This document shows positions 1 to 10,265 of a stretch of DNA of 32,000 nucleotides, in pieces. The DNA comes from Coprobacillaceae bacterium (GTDB lineage Bacteria; Bacillota_I; Bacilli_A; Erysipelotrichales; Coprobacillaceae). A model generated the notes under the pieces. The model was not told the origin of the DNA, did not search any database, and was given only the letters and a program-made list of their open reading frames with translations. Location of the stretch: the NCBI GenBank assembly GCA_963675915.1, contig OY780959.1, positions 600,001 through 632,000 on the forward strand. The letters are read 5' to 3'. The position numbers and the translations under genes were made by a program. How positions within the stretch are numbered: position 1 is the first letter of the stretch; each line of letters starts with the position of its first letter.

Positions 1-1
1 T

Positions 2-312
2 ACGAAACAACTTAAATACGAGAGCACCACTGACAACTTAGATGATGAATTGATTAATGGAATTTTAAGGCAATTGTTTTACAAAGTTGATAAAAATGAA
101 ATTCCTCAAAGCAGATATAGAAAGCTACAAGTAATAAATAAAGAATTATTATTTTTGAAAATTTTATTGTTTATGATTGTCTGTTTTCTTTTAAGTTTCT
201 ATGCATTTGAAAATGCTAAAATGACTTTTTTAGGTTTTTTAAAAAATGCGCAAAATAATTTTGGTATAGATGGCTTAAATATATTCATACTTGCATTATT
301 ACTTCTTGTAAT
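2..312 (+). pseudogene. Upstream part (cut by the window edge) of a YobI/KAP-like transmembrane P-loop NTPase gene, interrupted by IS66 #1
   Basis: The frame is open from the window edge (TKQLKYEST...). It has two hydrophobic helices (LLFLKILLFMIVCFLLSFYAF and LNIFILALLLLV). The apparent stop at 314-316 is created by the IS end. Removing 313..2755 joins it in frame to 2756 onward. Confidence 0.7.
305..312. repeat. Target-site duplication CTTGTAAT, left copy, IS66 #1
   Basis: Identical 8-mer at 2748..2755, directly abutting both IS termini. An 8-bp TSD is typical of the IS66 family. Confidence 0.9.
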
Positions 313-409
313 GTAAGCGTCAAATAGAAGGCACCTACAAATGAAAAGAGCCCCAGTGTATAATGGGCTCAGTTGGATATTTACGTTGATGCACTAAAAG
401 ATCATATTT

Positions 410-1981
410 CTATGATTTTTTAGTGATATACAGTTCTTTTGGCAGTTTTGCCCACGGCATTACTGTTTCCAATGATTTTTCATCAGTTATATCCAGATCC
501 GGCAAACGGTCTAGGATATACTGGAAATAATCATATGGTTTGAGATTGTTCATTTTGGCTGACTCAACCAAGCTGTAAATGTAGGAACTGCTATTGGCAC
601 CTTTAACTGTATTCATAAACAGCCAATTCTTGCGGCCGACAGTGAACGGTCTGATGATGTTTTCAGCTGCATTGTTGCTGATATCTATTCTCCCATCACT
701 AATATATGTTCTCAACTTTGATTCTTGATTGTAAGCATAGTTGATTGCTTCGCCTAAATGAGATTTAGGTAGAGCAACCTTTTTAAGTTCATGGATTTTT
801 TTGAAGAATTCATTCACTTTCTTCAATGACTTTTCCTGCCGAATTTTGGTCAGTTTGTCATAATCGCAATCTTTGTGCTTTCTCTCTATGGCGAACAGCT
901 CGTTGATCATTGCGAAACATTTATATGTCTCGGTAGACTCAAGATTGACATTTTTAGGAACCAGATCCAAAGCTTCTTTGAATTTCCTTCTAGCATGAGC
1001 CCAACAACCTGCCTGAGTTACACCTTCGACTTTGTCATATGCCTGGTAACCGTCTGATATCAAAACTCCTTTGAAATCTTCAAGGTAATTAACGGCGTGC
1101 TTATGGGCGCGGCTTGGCTCGTAGTTAAACAGTACGTATTGATTGGCTTCGCTTCTGCCAGTCATATAGACCCACATGTATGATTTCGATGATGCCGCTT
1201 TACCTGGTTCATGTAGCACTTGGACGCTGGTCTCATCGGCATTGATATACTGGGCCTTCATCAGCTGTTTATACATGTAGTCAATCAATGGTTTGAAGTA
1301 GTTATTTGATACCCTGATCAGCCAGTTTGACATGTTCTGACGATTCAGATTGATCCTCATTCTTTGATAGGAAACTTCCTGACGGTATAACGGCAACGAT
1401 TTGACATACTTGTCATTGATGATATTTGCCACCAGTGAAGCTGAAGCAATGCTACCGCTGATCAATGGCGTTGGTCCATTAGCTTTGATAATGGTTGCTT
1501 CGATGTCGTTCTTCTCGCAATTGCGGCAGCTGTAGATGTGTTCGACATGATTAATCACTTCCACTTTGGCAGGAACGAAAATAAGTTCTTTGCGAACTTT
1601 TTTCGACATCTCATGCAATTCATGATTGCATTTAGGACAAACCTTTTCATCAGCACTCAAAACATAATCAATCGTAGTGTTCTTCAAGGAATCCAAATCC
1701 ATAATTCTTGATTTCTTTTTGCGCTTATGAGATTTTACTTCGGTGATATTTGATTCATCATTGATCGGTGTTGATTCAAATTCAATCTCATCAAACAAAG
1801 ACAACTGATCAACATGAACTTTTTCAGACGATTGACCAAACAATTTCTTCTGCTGCAGTCTGACCTGTTCCTTGTACCAGCTGTTCTCTTGAGATAATTG
1901 TTCTACTTTTGTATGTAAAGCCATGTAGGATTTTTCTAATTCCTCACGTGACATTTTCTTGATATTAACGGTATTTTTCAT
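410..1981 (-). CDS. tnpC: IS66-family transposase TnpC (523 aa)
   Basis: N-terminal coiled coil, Cys-rich zinc-finger stretch (CPKCNHEL...CRNCEK), then a DDE-type core (ADETSVQVL..., SDGYQAYD, CWAHARRKF). It follows tnpA/tnpB as in IS66. Confidence 0.9.
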   Translation of the reverse strand: MKNTVNIKKMSREELEKSYMALHTKVEQLSQENSWYKEQVRLQQKKLFGQSSEKVHVDQLSLFDEIEFESTPINDESNITEVKSHKRKKKSRIMDLDSLKNTTIDYVLSADEKVCPKCNHELHEMSKKVRKELIFVPAKVEVINHVEHIYSCRNCEKNDIEATIIKANGPTPLISGSIASASLVANIINDKYVKSLPLYRQEVSYQRMRINLNRQNMSNWLIRVSNNYFKPLIDYMYKQLMKAQYINADETSVQVLHEPGKAASSKSYMWVYMTGRSEANQYVLFNYEPSRAHKHAVNYLEDFKGVLISDGYQAYDKVEGVTQAGCWAHARRKFKEALDLVPKNVNLESTETYKCFAMINELFAIERKHKDCDYDKLTKIRQEKSLKKVNEFFKKIHELKKVALPKSHLGEAINYAYNQESKLRTYISDGRIDISNNAAENIIRPFTVGRKNWLFMNTVKGANSSSYIYSLVESAKMNNLKPYDYFQYILDRLPDLDITDEKSLETVMPWAKLPKELYITKKS

Positions 1982-2013
1982 ATCTAGATTATACCAAAAA
2001 ATCGGCCAAGTTA

Positions 2014-2373
2014 CTAGATAATAAGCCGATTTTCCATGTTTTTAAATGCATATTTTTGATCGATTTCAAGGCCCTCGAGCAACCAGCGAAACTGTCTTTC
2101 ATCAATGACTCTGGTGTTTGAATTCTCATCTTCACGAACCTTGAACTTTCCGCTTTCAAGCCGTTTGAGAAACAGCCAAAACCCACCATTTTCGTAATAA
2201 AGAATCTTCATCCTGTTGCGAGCCCGGTTGACAAAAATGAACAAGCTGCCGTTCATCACATCCAAATCAAACTCCATGGCCACTATCAAAGACAAACCAT
2301 CGATTGACTTGCGCATGTCGACATGTCCAGTGGCAAGATAAATATGTTTGACATCATCAGTGTTGATAATCAT
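2014..2373 (-). CDS. tnpB: IS66 Orf2-like accessory protein TnpB (119 aa)
   Basis: Characteristic ~115-120 aa IS66 TnpB pattern (IYLATGHVDMRKSIDGLSLIV...FIFVNRARNRMKILYYENGGFWLFLKRLE). It overlaps tnpA by 4 nt. Confidence 0.9.
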   Translation of the reverse strand: MIINTDDVKHIYLATGHVDMRKSIDGLSLIVAMEFDLDVMNGSLFIFVNRARNRMKILYYENGGFWLFLKRLESGKFKVREDENSNTRVIDERQFRWLLEGLEIDQKYAFKNMENRLII

Positions 2374-2663
2374 TTGATAGCCCCAATCACTTTACAAAGC
2401 AGAGACTCATCAAATGTCAGTTCCACATCGTTGACAGTGATTGTAATCTTCCTGGTGGGATTGTCAATCAATACCGGGGCGAAGAAACGGCCATCAGACT
2501 TAACCGGTTGGCTGAGTTCATCAGTATCAATGATCTTACGCCATTTATAAAACGAATTCTTGTTGATCCCATTTTCCATGCACCAACGGCTAATGGATTT
2601 CCCGGAAATCCGCCAATTTTTAACTAGACCATTCCAATAATCATAACGCTCTTGAGCATTCAT
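2370..2663 (-). CDS. tnpA: IS66 Orf1-like accessory protein TnpA (97 aa, HTH-like)
   Basis: First gene inside the IS end, with an ATGA overlap onto tnpB. Small HTH-like protein (SISRWCMENGINKNSFYKWRK). Confidence 0.8.
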   Translation of the reverse strand: MNAQERYDYWNGLVKNWRISGKSISRWCMENGINKNSFYKWRKIIDTDELSQPVKSDGRFFAPVLIDNPTRKITITVNDVELTFDESLLCKVIGAIK

Positions 2664-2747
2664 AAAAAGTACCTCCTGTTATAACTTACAACGAAATTAT
2701 AACCCGAGGCACTAAATTTTAAAACGTGTCATCTATTTGACGCTTAC

Positions 2748-2755
2748 CTTGTAAT
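2748..2755. repeat. Target-site duplication CTTGTAAT, right copy, IS66 #1
   Basis: Identical to 305..312. Confidence 0.9.
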
Positions 2756-5700
2756 TGTGGTTTATTTGATAGAAAAAATTGTATTAATGGTAGTCTCTCG
2801 AATTTCAATAAAAGAAATAAAATTTAGTGATAAAGCCGGAGCAACATTAGATAGCAGTGATGAGAACACGATATTTCATAAAAATATGGATGAGGTTGTT
2901 TATTTCTTTGAATCCACTGGTTATAATGTAATGTTTATTGAAGATTTGGACCGATTCAAAAATCAAAATATATTCATTAAGTTAAGAGAGATAAATACTA
3001 TTTTGAACCAATATGAGAATATCAAAAATAGAGTTGTGTTCGTTTATGCTGTACGAGACGATTTATTTAATGATACAGATAGAACTAAATTTTTTGAATA
3101 TATTATACCAATTATCCCGGTTATTAGTTCTACTAATTCAAAAGAATTATTATTAAAACGGCTAGACAAGGATAATGATAAATATGATGATATTGAAATA
3201 GATGAAAGCTATATTGATATGGTTTCGCCATATATTAATGATATGCGATTGTTGACCAATATTTACAACGAGTTTGTAACATACAAAAAGTCGTTGCAAG
3301 GTACGTACACTTTAAAGTTAAAAGATATTCAGCTGTTTTCACTAATTCTATTTAAAAATTTATTCCCGAAAGACTTTTCAGATTTGCAAAATGATGAAGG
3401 TATAGTTAAAAAGGCTTTCGAAGTAAAGAGATTAATCATAAGTAAACAAAGAATACAGCTCGAGTCTTCTCGAGACAGATGTCTGGATCTATTGGAACGA
3501 ATCGATAATGATGTTCTAAACAATATGAGGGAAGTCAAAATATCTATGTTATATTTTTTAACTGGAAATAAAGGTATGTTTAAAGAAGCTCATATTTCAG
3601 GTAGATGGTATAGTCATGAATATATACTAAATGATACATATGACATTGATAACTTGAGGTTGGTTAATAATGTTCACTACTGGGGTTCAGTACATAATAA
3701 TCCGCTGTCTTATAATTTTGGTTCGGCAAGCGATTTGGAAGAACTTGACAATTATATTATCCGATGTAAAGAAATAAAAAGTAAATCAGCTTATGAAAAG
3801 GAGAAACTTAAATATAAGATTGAAGATTTTGCGAACGAGATTCATAGACTTTCTAGTAAATCTATTAAAGAACTAATTGTTGATTATGGAATAGAATATG
3901 TATTACCTGAAGAAATAAGAGAGAATAAATTATTGACCTTCTTGATTAGAAGTGGGTTTATTGATGAGGAGTATTACAACTATATTAACTATTTCTATGC
4001 AAACAGTATAACTCAAGGAGAAATGAACTTTATTTTAAGTATAAGAAATCTTGAAGCGTTGGATTTTAACTATTCACTAATTAACGTAGATCAAGTTATC
4101 AAGAGACTGCAAGTTTATGAATTTGAGCAAAAAGAAATATATAATTTCGATTTATTAGATTTCTTGCTGCGAAATATGCAGCATGCGGAAAAATTGGATT
4201 TATTTATTACTCAACTATCTGATGAACATGAAATATCTTTAGCGTTTATCGATGAATATATTAAGATTTCAAAAGATTTGGAGAAATTCGTTCACATATT
4301 AAGTAGTATGTGGCCAAATATGTGGAACTTTATCTACAATAACAACACATTTACAAGTGAGCGAAAGAGTCGGTATTTGGAATTAATATGCAATTATTCT
4401 GATACTGACAAGATTGTAGAAATGAATCAAACAGGAGTATTAAAAAAATATTTTGAAGAGCAAAAAGATATACTCATTACTATGCGTTATGTTCCAAAAG
4501 ACAAAATTACCACTATTATTCAAAAACTCGACATAAGATTTAGCGATATAACTGTTGGCAATTATGAAATCGATTTATTTGATTGGATTTACGAAAATAA
4601 ACATTTTGTTCTCAATATGGCCATGATTGAAAAGGTTTTTGAGATTAAATACCCTAATGAATTAGAATATTTATTTTTAAGTAATTTTTCTACAATAAAT
4701 CGATTAGAATGTCACCCATTATTGGATTTAATAGAAGAAGATGTTCATGGGTATATCAAAGATATAGTACTCGGAATTTCGACTAATAATGATGAAAGTA
4801 TTGAATGTACACTTGAACTAATTAGAAAAGCTGAAGATGTAACTATTGCGCTTGGTCTTGTTGAAAAGGAAAGTGTAATGTTGGATTATTTGACTAAATG
4901 TGATTTTCCATATCTTAATGAAGATAAAAGGAATCCACTTAAACTGGTTTGGAGTCTATGGATTACTCTAAATAAGCTGGCTGCTTCGTATGAAAATTTG
5001 ATAGAATATTGGAATAATTTTGGGTTCGATGATATCATGGACACCTATTTGGCTAATAAAGTAGATGATTTAATTGAAATGAAAATTCCAGAAGATATTG
5101 ATGAAGAATTATTAAAAGATATTTTAACATCAAATTTGGAATTATCAATATATGAAAAATATATTGCTATATTGCCTCGAATCGGAAATATAATTTCTTT
5201 GTCAAAAATTAATCGTGATCACATGATTATACTATTGGAATCAAATTATTTCGAATTTGATGAAGAATTTGCAAAACAACTTAATAAAGAACATTCGGAT
5301 CTTTATACTTATGGTCTTATCCTAAACAAGGTCAAAGTTTTGGACACCACAACTGGTTACGTTATTAGCATAGAAGATATTACGAAAATAGTTGAATCAG
5401 TTAAGTTATCTGAAAAAGAAAAAATAGAATTTATAAAAATTAGTTCGATTCAAGACTATAATACAAAAATTGCTTTGTTTTTGAGAAATACGAAAATCCA
5501 AATAGATATTGATATGTTTAATAATGCATGGGAGGTTTTGGAAGTTAAAGACCGATATGAGCTATTAATTAATCAAATTCAAATTTTGGATAATGACGCA
5601 TTATCAATATGTTTTAGTGAATTGGATGATGAGTATAAAAAATTAACATTTAGAGAAAGAAGTAGAAAGGTGATTTTGACTCTAAATGCTTATAATGAAA

Positions 5701-5792
5701 AATTAGTAGAGCATTTAAAAGAAATGAAGTATATTACAAGTCATCCAATAGAAAATGGCCACATCGCCTGTTGGGTGAAGAAAGTAAAATAG
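2756..5792 (+). pseudogene. Downstream ~1011 codons of the IS66-split YobI/KAP-like P-loop NTPase
   Basis: NVMFIEDLDRF (2937..) is the Walker-B-like signature I associate with YobI-family NTPases. It is followed by a long helical C-terminal region. The sequence continues the hydrophobic helix of fragment 2..312 in frame (…LLLLV-I-VVYLIEKIVLMVV…). Confidence 0.65.
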
Positions 5793-5808
5793 TATAAGTC
5801 TGAACTTT

Positions 5809-5843
5809 GAAAAACCAAGGATTTTGTCCTTGGTTTTTCATTT
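5809..5843 (+). terminator. Rho-independent terminator after the NTPase gene
   Basis: GAAAAACCAAGG-ATTTTGT-CCTTGGTTTTTC, a perfect 12-bp stem with a T-rich tail, 17 nt after the stop codon. Confidence 0.75.
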
Positions 5844-5981
5844 AATTAAAGTTCGAAATACGTTCTTTTAAAGGTTCTTTAGTAATGTGGAATGGAAAAT
5901 GACTTAAATGAATATTTAGATGAAGAGTTAAAGGGATAAACTATTTTCAAAGTTTATCCCTTAATAATTTGAGGTAAGTAA

Positions 5982-6407
5982 ATGAAAATAGCTGATGTAA
6001 AGATAAAAAATGGAATTTCTAAAAAAATTGAGCACCAAAATACCTATCGGTTTTTATGTCCGGAAGATTTAGAAGTGGACATCGGGGACTATGTTTTAGT
6101 AGACACTAAGCAAGGAAATAAGGAGTATCATAACGAAAATTTTAGGGTTGCCAAAATATTAGCTCTTAAAGAGGTTGATTTTGAAGAACTGATTTCAGAT
6201 AAAAGCCAGGTTAAACCATATCGCTATGTTGTTGCTAGATTATCAGAAAAAAATTTTGATAGAAGATGCATCAATACAACTAAAATCAGAGCTAAACTAT
6301 TTGATAGTTATCAAAAGATAGATCAATTGTCACGCATGAGAACGAAGAAAAATAACACGATTATAAAGTCAAAAAACGGAGGTAATAAAAAATTCAAGAT
6401 TAAATGA
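5982..6407 (+). CDS. Small basic hypothetical protein, paralog 1 (141 aa)
   Basis: RBS GAGGTAAG sits upstream of the ATG. It shares V(K/R)xxNGxxKKI…VxxGxYVxVxTxQ…ENFRV…FDRxC…KIRAK with the next ORF. Confidence 0.7.
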   Translation: MKIADVKIKNGISKKIEHQNTYRFLCPEDLEVDIGDYVLVDTKQGNKEYHNENFRVAKILALKEVDFEELISDKSQVKPYRYVVARLSEKNFDRRCINTTKIRAKLFDSYQKIDQLSRMRTKKNNTIIKSKNGGNKKFKIK

Positions 6408-6440
6408 TGAAAAATACATAACTATTGAAAGGGGCTTACT

Positions 6441-6809
6441 ATGAATGCAGTAAAAGTAAGATTTAGAAATGGGACCAATAAAAAAATTAGATTGACTCAA
6501 CCTTTGATTACATTTATTTGTCCTATAGAAGTTGAAGTTGGTGAGTATGTGGTAGTTGAAACCGGACAACCACATAAAAAACATAGTGATGAAAATTTTA
6601 GGGTAGGAAGAGTGGAGGAGATATTTGAAGGAACAGAGCTGATTAAAAAGGAGCGGCTTTATCACTTTGTACTGAGTAAGATTGATGTAGATGATTTTGA
6701 TCGGCAGTGCAGGAAAATAAGTATACTGAAATATAAGATTCGGGCAAAGTACCGCGAAGCAAAGAAACAAAAAATTGAAAGCATGAAATCGACTGCTGAC
6801 AAAGACTAA
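6441..6809 (+). CDS. Small basic hypothetical protein, paralog 2 (122 aa)
   Basis: RBS AAAGGGG upstream. Roughly 35-40 percent identical by eye to 5982..6407, on the same strand, 33 nt downstream. Confidence 0.7.
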   Translation: MNAVKVRFRNGTNKKIRLTQPLITFICPIEVEVGEYVVVETGQPHKKHSDENFRVGRVEEIFEGTELIKKERLYHFVLSKIDVDDFDRQCRKISILKYKIRAKYREAKKQKIESMKSTADKD

Positions 6810-6813
6810 CCTA

Positions 6814-6839
6814 GTGCAGAAAACGGCCGTTTTTTGCAC
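6814..6839 (+). terminator. Possible terminator hairpin
   Basis: GTGCAGAAAACGG/CCGTTTTTTGCAC near-perfect palindrome just after the stop codon. The T-run lies inside the stem, so this is a weak call. Confidence 0.35.
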
Positions 6840-6962
6840 GGTGTCGCAATTAGTGGTGTGAGTGAGGATTTAGACGATATTAGAGTGCTTTAATTGGTGT
6901 TTTTATCAAAGTGCAAAATCGAAAACTAGAATACGTTTTTAGAACAGAGTTGGGAGGTAATT

Positions 6963-7532
6963 ATGATATTTGGATATGCTAGAGTCAGCACTGACGATCA
7001 GAATCTAGATTTACAAATAGATGCGCTAAGTAATTATGGGGTTGATGAGATATTTGAGGAGAAAATATCAGGAAAGAAAATTGACCGTGAAAAATTGAAT
7101 GAGCTATTAATTAAACTAAGAGCAGGCGATACACTAGTTATTTGGAGATTGGATAGATTGGGGAGGACAATCAAGCAACTGTTGGATCTAGCGGAAGATT
7201 TTGAGAGGAAAGAAATCAAGTTAGTGAGCCTACGTGAGAACTTTGATACGGCGACACCAGCTGGTAAATTTGCATTTCATTTATTTTGTGCAATGGCTCA
7301 AATGGAAAGGGATGTTATATCTGAAAGAACAAAGTCCGGATTGGAGGCCGCCAGGAAAAGGGGACGGGTTGGTGGAAGAAAACCCATAGAAGATAAGACG
7401 ATTGAAACTGCAATGAAAATGTATTTTTCAAATAGTTTTTCTATTGAGGAAATTCTTTCTGTAACTGGTGTCAGTAAGTCGACATTATACAAATATATAA
7501 GGAAATCTAAGGAGAATCTAAAGAATCTATAA
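6963..7532 (+). CDS. Small serine recombinase (resolvase / Hin-Gin-Pin invertase family, 189 aa)
   Basis: N-terminal GYARVSTDDQNLDLQ with the catalytic Ser, then LVIWRLDRLGR, AQMERDVISERTKSGL, and a C-terminal HTH (GVSKSTLYKYI). RBS GGGAGG upstream. Confidence 0.92.
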   Translation: MIFGYARVSTDDQNLDLQIDALSNYGVDEIFEEKISGKKIDREKLNELLIKLRAGDTLVIWRLDRLGRTIKQLLDLAEDFERKEIKLVSLRENFDTATPAGKFAFHLFCAMAQMERDVISERTKSGLEAARKRGRVGGRKPIEDKTIETAMKMYFSNSFSIEEILSVTGVSKSTLYKYIRKSKENLKNL

Positions 7533-7614
7533 AGATTTGAGAATCCTCTTTTATTTTTTTCTCATTTTGTATATTATGTGAAAGCGACTGATTTTTTAGG
7601 TAACAGAATATTTT

Positions 7615-8613
7615 ATGAGGAGTGATATAATGATAGCAGGATATGTTCGGGTCTCGACCCAAAGACAAGCAGATGAAGGCGTCAGTATAGAAATGCAAAA
7701 GAATTTAATTGCAAAGCACGCACACATGATTGAAATATTAGGAAAAAATGATGATATTGTATTTTACGTTGATGATGGATTTTCAGGATCATCGTTGCAA
7801 CGTCCCAAAATGGTGGAGTTAATTGATGACATGAAAAGCGGCAAAATCAGTGTTTTACTCGCATACGATCTATCTCGAATTAGCAGGGATCTTTTTGATA
7901 GTAATTCTTTTATGAGAATAGCTCGTAAATATGGAGTTGTAATTAAATGTATCTACGATGATATTGATATTGAAACAGCAGCTAATAGATTCAGTACAAA
8001 TATCAAAATACTAACAAATCAATACGAGCGGGAAAGGGTAATTGAGAGAACTAATGATTCATTAGTATCAATAGCTGATAGTGGTAGATATCCTGCAGGA
8101 GGTAAACCGCCTTTTGGATATTATCGCGGTCCTGACAAGATGGTTTGTATCGATGAGCACGATTCCAAAATAGTAATAAAAATATTTGAAATGATGAGAA
8201 AGGGCTATGACATAAAAGATGTTGTTAGCTATTTGGGATTTGAAACTGACAAGTTGAAAGCCAATAAAGATACGGTGTTGCGTCTCGTCCAAAATACCAA
8301 GTACATCGGTATATACAAGTTCAAAGGCAAAGAGTATGATGACTTGATTCCGCCGATAATTGATAAGAAAACTTTTGAGATCGTAAATCGGTCATTTAAA
8401 AAAATTGAAGTCAAAAAAGACGATAATTACCTCTTTGACGGAATGGTTTTCTGTGAAAAATGTGGGTGCTTGACCAAATGCTCACATTCGATCAATCATC
8501 AAGGTAAAAAATATTATTACTACGTTTGTTATAGTTGTAAAAAGTCGGTGAGTCAGAGCACCCTAGAGAAACATCTGTTCAGTGTTCATATTCATCATAA
8601 CCCCATGTGTTAG
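7615..8613 (+). pseudogene. Large serine recombinase, N-terminal 331 codons, truncated by the IS3 insertion
   Basis: GYVRVSTQRQ catalytic motif, YDLSRISRD, a recombinase domain (GRYPAGGKPPFGY) and a Zn ribbon (CEKCGC…YYYVCYSCKK). The terminal TGT TAG codons belong to the IS3 left end. Confidence 0.85.
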
Positions 8614-8676
8614 GATAGTTGTCGTATAGAGGGATTTGGATTATACTTATAAAAACCGATCCAAGGAGACCAAGAA

Positions 8677-9153
8677 ATGACTAAAACATATACGACTGAA
8701 GAAAAAATAAAATTGATCAATCAAACATTGCCACCACTCAACAAAACTGTTGTTCAGATTGCTGCTGAAACTGGAATCAAAACTTCGACTCTTTATTCCT
8801 GGAAGCGTAGATACCTAAAATGTGCCGTTAATTCCAAAATCAAGGAACGTTACAGCAAGGCTGAAAGATTCCACTTTATCGTCGAATCCGCTTCGTTGAA
8901 CGAACACGAACTTGGAGAATATTGCCGGCAAAAAGGAATTTATCCTGATGAGCTGACAAAGTGGAAAAATGAATTTCTCAATGTTTCCAGTCAAGATGAT
9001 TCTGCGAAGGCCGAATTGCACAAGGAGCGAAGAAAACGTAAAGAGCTGGAAAAAGAACTCAAGCGCAAAGAAAAGGCTTTGGCTGAAGCTGCTGCGCTAC
9101 TGGTTCTTGAAAAAAAGCTCCAAGCAATTTGGGACGAAGAAGAGGAAGATTAA
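8677..9153 (+). CDS. IS3-family transposase OrfA (HTH + leucine-zipper-like, 158 aa)
   Basis: HTH (IAAETGIKTSTLYSWKRRY), then a charged coiled coil (KERRKRKELEKELKRKEKALAEAAALL) ending at the slippery site. Confidence 0.88.
   Translation: MTKTYTTEEKIKLINQTLPPLNKTVVQIAAETGIKTSTLYSWKRRYLKCAVNSKIKERYSKAERFHFIVESASLNEHELGEYCRQKGIYPDELTKWKNEFLNVSSQDDSAKAELHKERRKRKELEKELKRKEKALAEAAALLVLEKKLQAIWDEEEED
9111..9117 (+). promoter_or_regulatory. Programmed -1 ribosomal frameshift heptamer A AAA AAG
   Basis: A_AAA_AAG read in the orfA frame (gaa aaa aag). The orfB frame (-1) is open from 9111, immediately after a TGA at 9108-9110. This is the classical IS3/IS150/IS911 signal. Confidence 0.8.
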
Positions 9154-10232
9154 CCTCTCTCAAATTGCGTAAACTAATCGTTTCATTGATCAAAGACGCC
9201 AACGAAAATGGTGCTCGATTGATTCCGGCGTGTAAAGTGGTTGGAATATCCAAACGAACATATGAACGGTGGACCAATGAAACAGATGTGTTGGCTGACA
9301 AACGAACGACAGCTATTAGACCTGTGCCGGCCAATAAGCTAAGCGATGATGAGCGCCAAGTCGTAATTGACACTGTCAATTCTCCTAAATACAATTCTCT
9401 GCCTCCATCAACGATAGTGCCTAAGTTAGCTGACGAAGGTAAATATATTGGCTCAGAATCAACCATTTACCGCATTCTAAGGGAAAATAAACAATTGAAA
9501 CATCGTGGAAGAAGCAAGGAGCCTCAAAAGCAGGTCCCGACAACACATATTGCCAAAGCACCCAACGAGGTTTGGAGTTGGGATATTACTTGGTTGCACC
9601 GTAAGGATGTTAGGGGAGTTTATTACAAGTTATACATGATAATGGATATTTTCAGCCGGAAGATTGTCGGACATGAAGTGTGGGAAACGGAAAATGCCGA
9701 ATATTCCCAAACTCTTATAAAAAGGACACTGTTAAAAGAAAAGATAAGTGGCAGATCGCTTGTGCTGCATTCAGATAATGGTGGCCCAATGAAAGCATCA
9801 TCATTCCTGGGAACGCTTGAAAAATTAGGTGTGCAAAGCTCGTTTTCAAGGCCGAGAGTAAGTAATGACAATCCATATTCGGAAGCACTGTTCAAAACGC
9901 TAAAATACATTCCTAAGTATCCAACCAGCGGGTTTGAATCACTGGAACATGCCCGAGAATGGACTAGTGAATTCGTCCATTGGTACAATGAAGTCCATTA
10001 CCATAGCGGCATCAATTATGTAACCCCAGGAAGCAGACATCGTGGCGAAGATATCGAGATATTGAAGAATCGCAAAAGTGTTTACGCCCTTGCAAGAATG
10101 AAGCATCCTGAGAGATGGAGCGGTAATACTAAAACCTGGGAATATCAAACAACGGTTGCCCTGAATCCAACCGATGAAGAAAAAAACATGATCCAGAAAA
10201 AGAAATATCAAACAAACCAAATCTACGCATAA
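9129..10232 (+). CDS. IS3-family transposase OrfB (DDE integrase core), probably made as an OrfAB fusion
   Basis: rve-type core: WSWDITWL…, LHSDNGGPM, NDNPYSEALFKTLKY, WYNEVHYHSGINYVTP. It lies in the -1 frame relative to orfA. Confidence 0.88.
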   Translation: MGRRRGRLTSLKLRKLIVSLIKDANENGARLIPACKVVGISKRTYERWTNETDVLADKRTTAIRPVPANKLSDDERQVVIDTVNSPKYNSLPPSTIVPKLADEGKYIGSESTIYRILRENKQLKHRGRSKEPQKQVPTTHIAKAPNEVWSWDITWLHRKDVRGVYYKLYMIMDIFSRKIVGHEVWETENAEYSQTLIKRTLLKEKISGRSLVLHSDNGGPMKASSFLGTLEKLGVQSSFSRPRVSNDNPYSEALFKTLKYIPKYPTSGFESLEHAREWTSEFVHWYNEVHYHSGINYVTPGSRHRGEDIEILKNRKSVYALARMKHPERWSGNTKTWEYQTTVALNPTDEEKNMIQKKKYQTNQIYA

Positions 10233-10265
10233 TTAATTCAAAAAAATGCGTCAACTATATTGACA

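Larger units (their letters stand above)
313..2747 (-). mobile_element. IS66-family insertion sequence #1 (2435 bp)
   Basis: Terminal inverted repeats GTAAGCGTCAAATAGA at 313.. and its reverse complement ending at 2747. It has the tnpA-tnpB-tnpC gene order on the minus strand and is flanked by an 8-bp TSD. Confidence 0.93.
8608..10265 (+). mobile_element. IS3-family insertion sequence (~1.66 kb)
   Basis: TG…CA termini with imperfect IRs (TGTTAGGATAGTTGTCGT versus the reverse complement of GCGTCAACTATATTGACA, about 13/18 matching). It has orfA/orfB with a -1 frameshift site. No clear TSD, so boundaries are +/- 2 nt. Confidence 0.8.

Noticed and set aside
5809-5839. A hix-like recombination site for the nearby Hin-type invertase (…TTGAAAAACCAAGGATTTTG… resembles the hix core)
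   Set aside because: It is a perfect 12-bp hairpin with a T tail directly after a stop codon, so it is an ordinary intrinsic terminator. No second inverted copy was found.
6369-6839. The 156-aa minus-strand ORF, and similar antisense ORFs (875..1057, 3329..3538, 9059..9466, 9623..10220, 20566..20862, 21153..21410, 25563..26861, 27912..30670, 31319..31747)
   Set aside because: All lie antisense to, or inside, much better-supported genes. They lack an RBS and have low-complexity or frame-artefact composition.
5841-6962. An invertible (phase-variable) segment around the two small paralogs, driven by the adjacent invertase
   Set aside because: Comparing the flanks 5841..5981 and 6840..6962 by eye gave only 8-mer matches (AATACGTT direct, AATTAAAG inverted). 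That is within chance expectation for AT-rich DNA.
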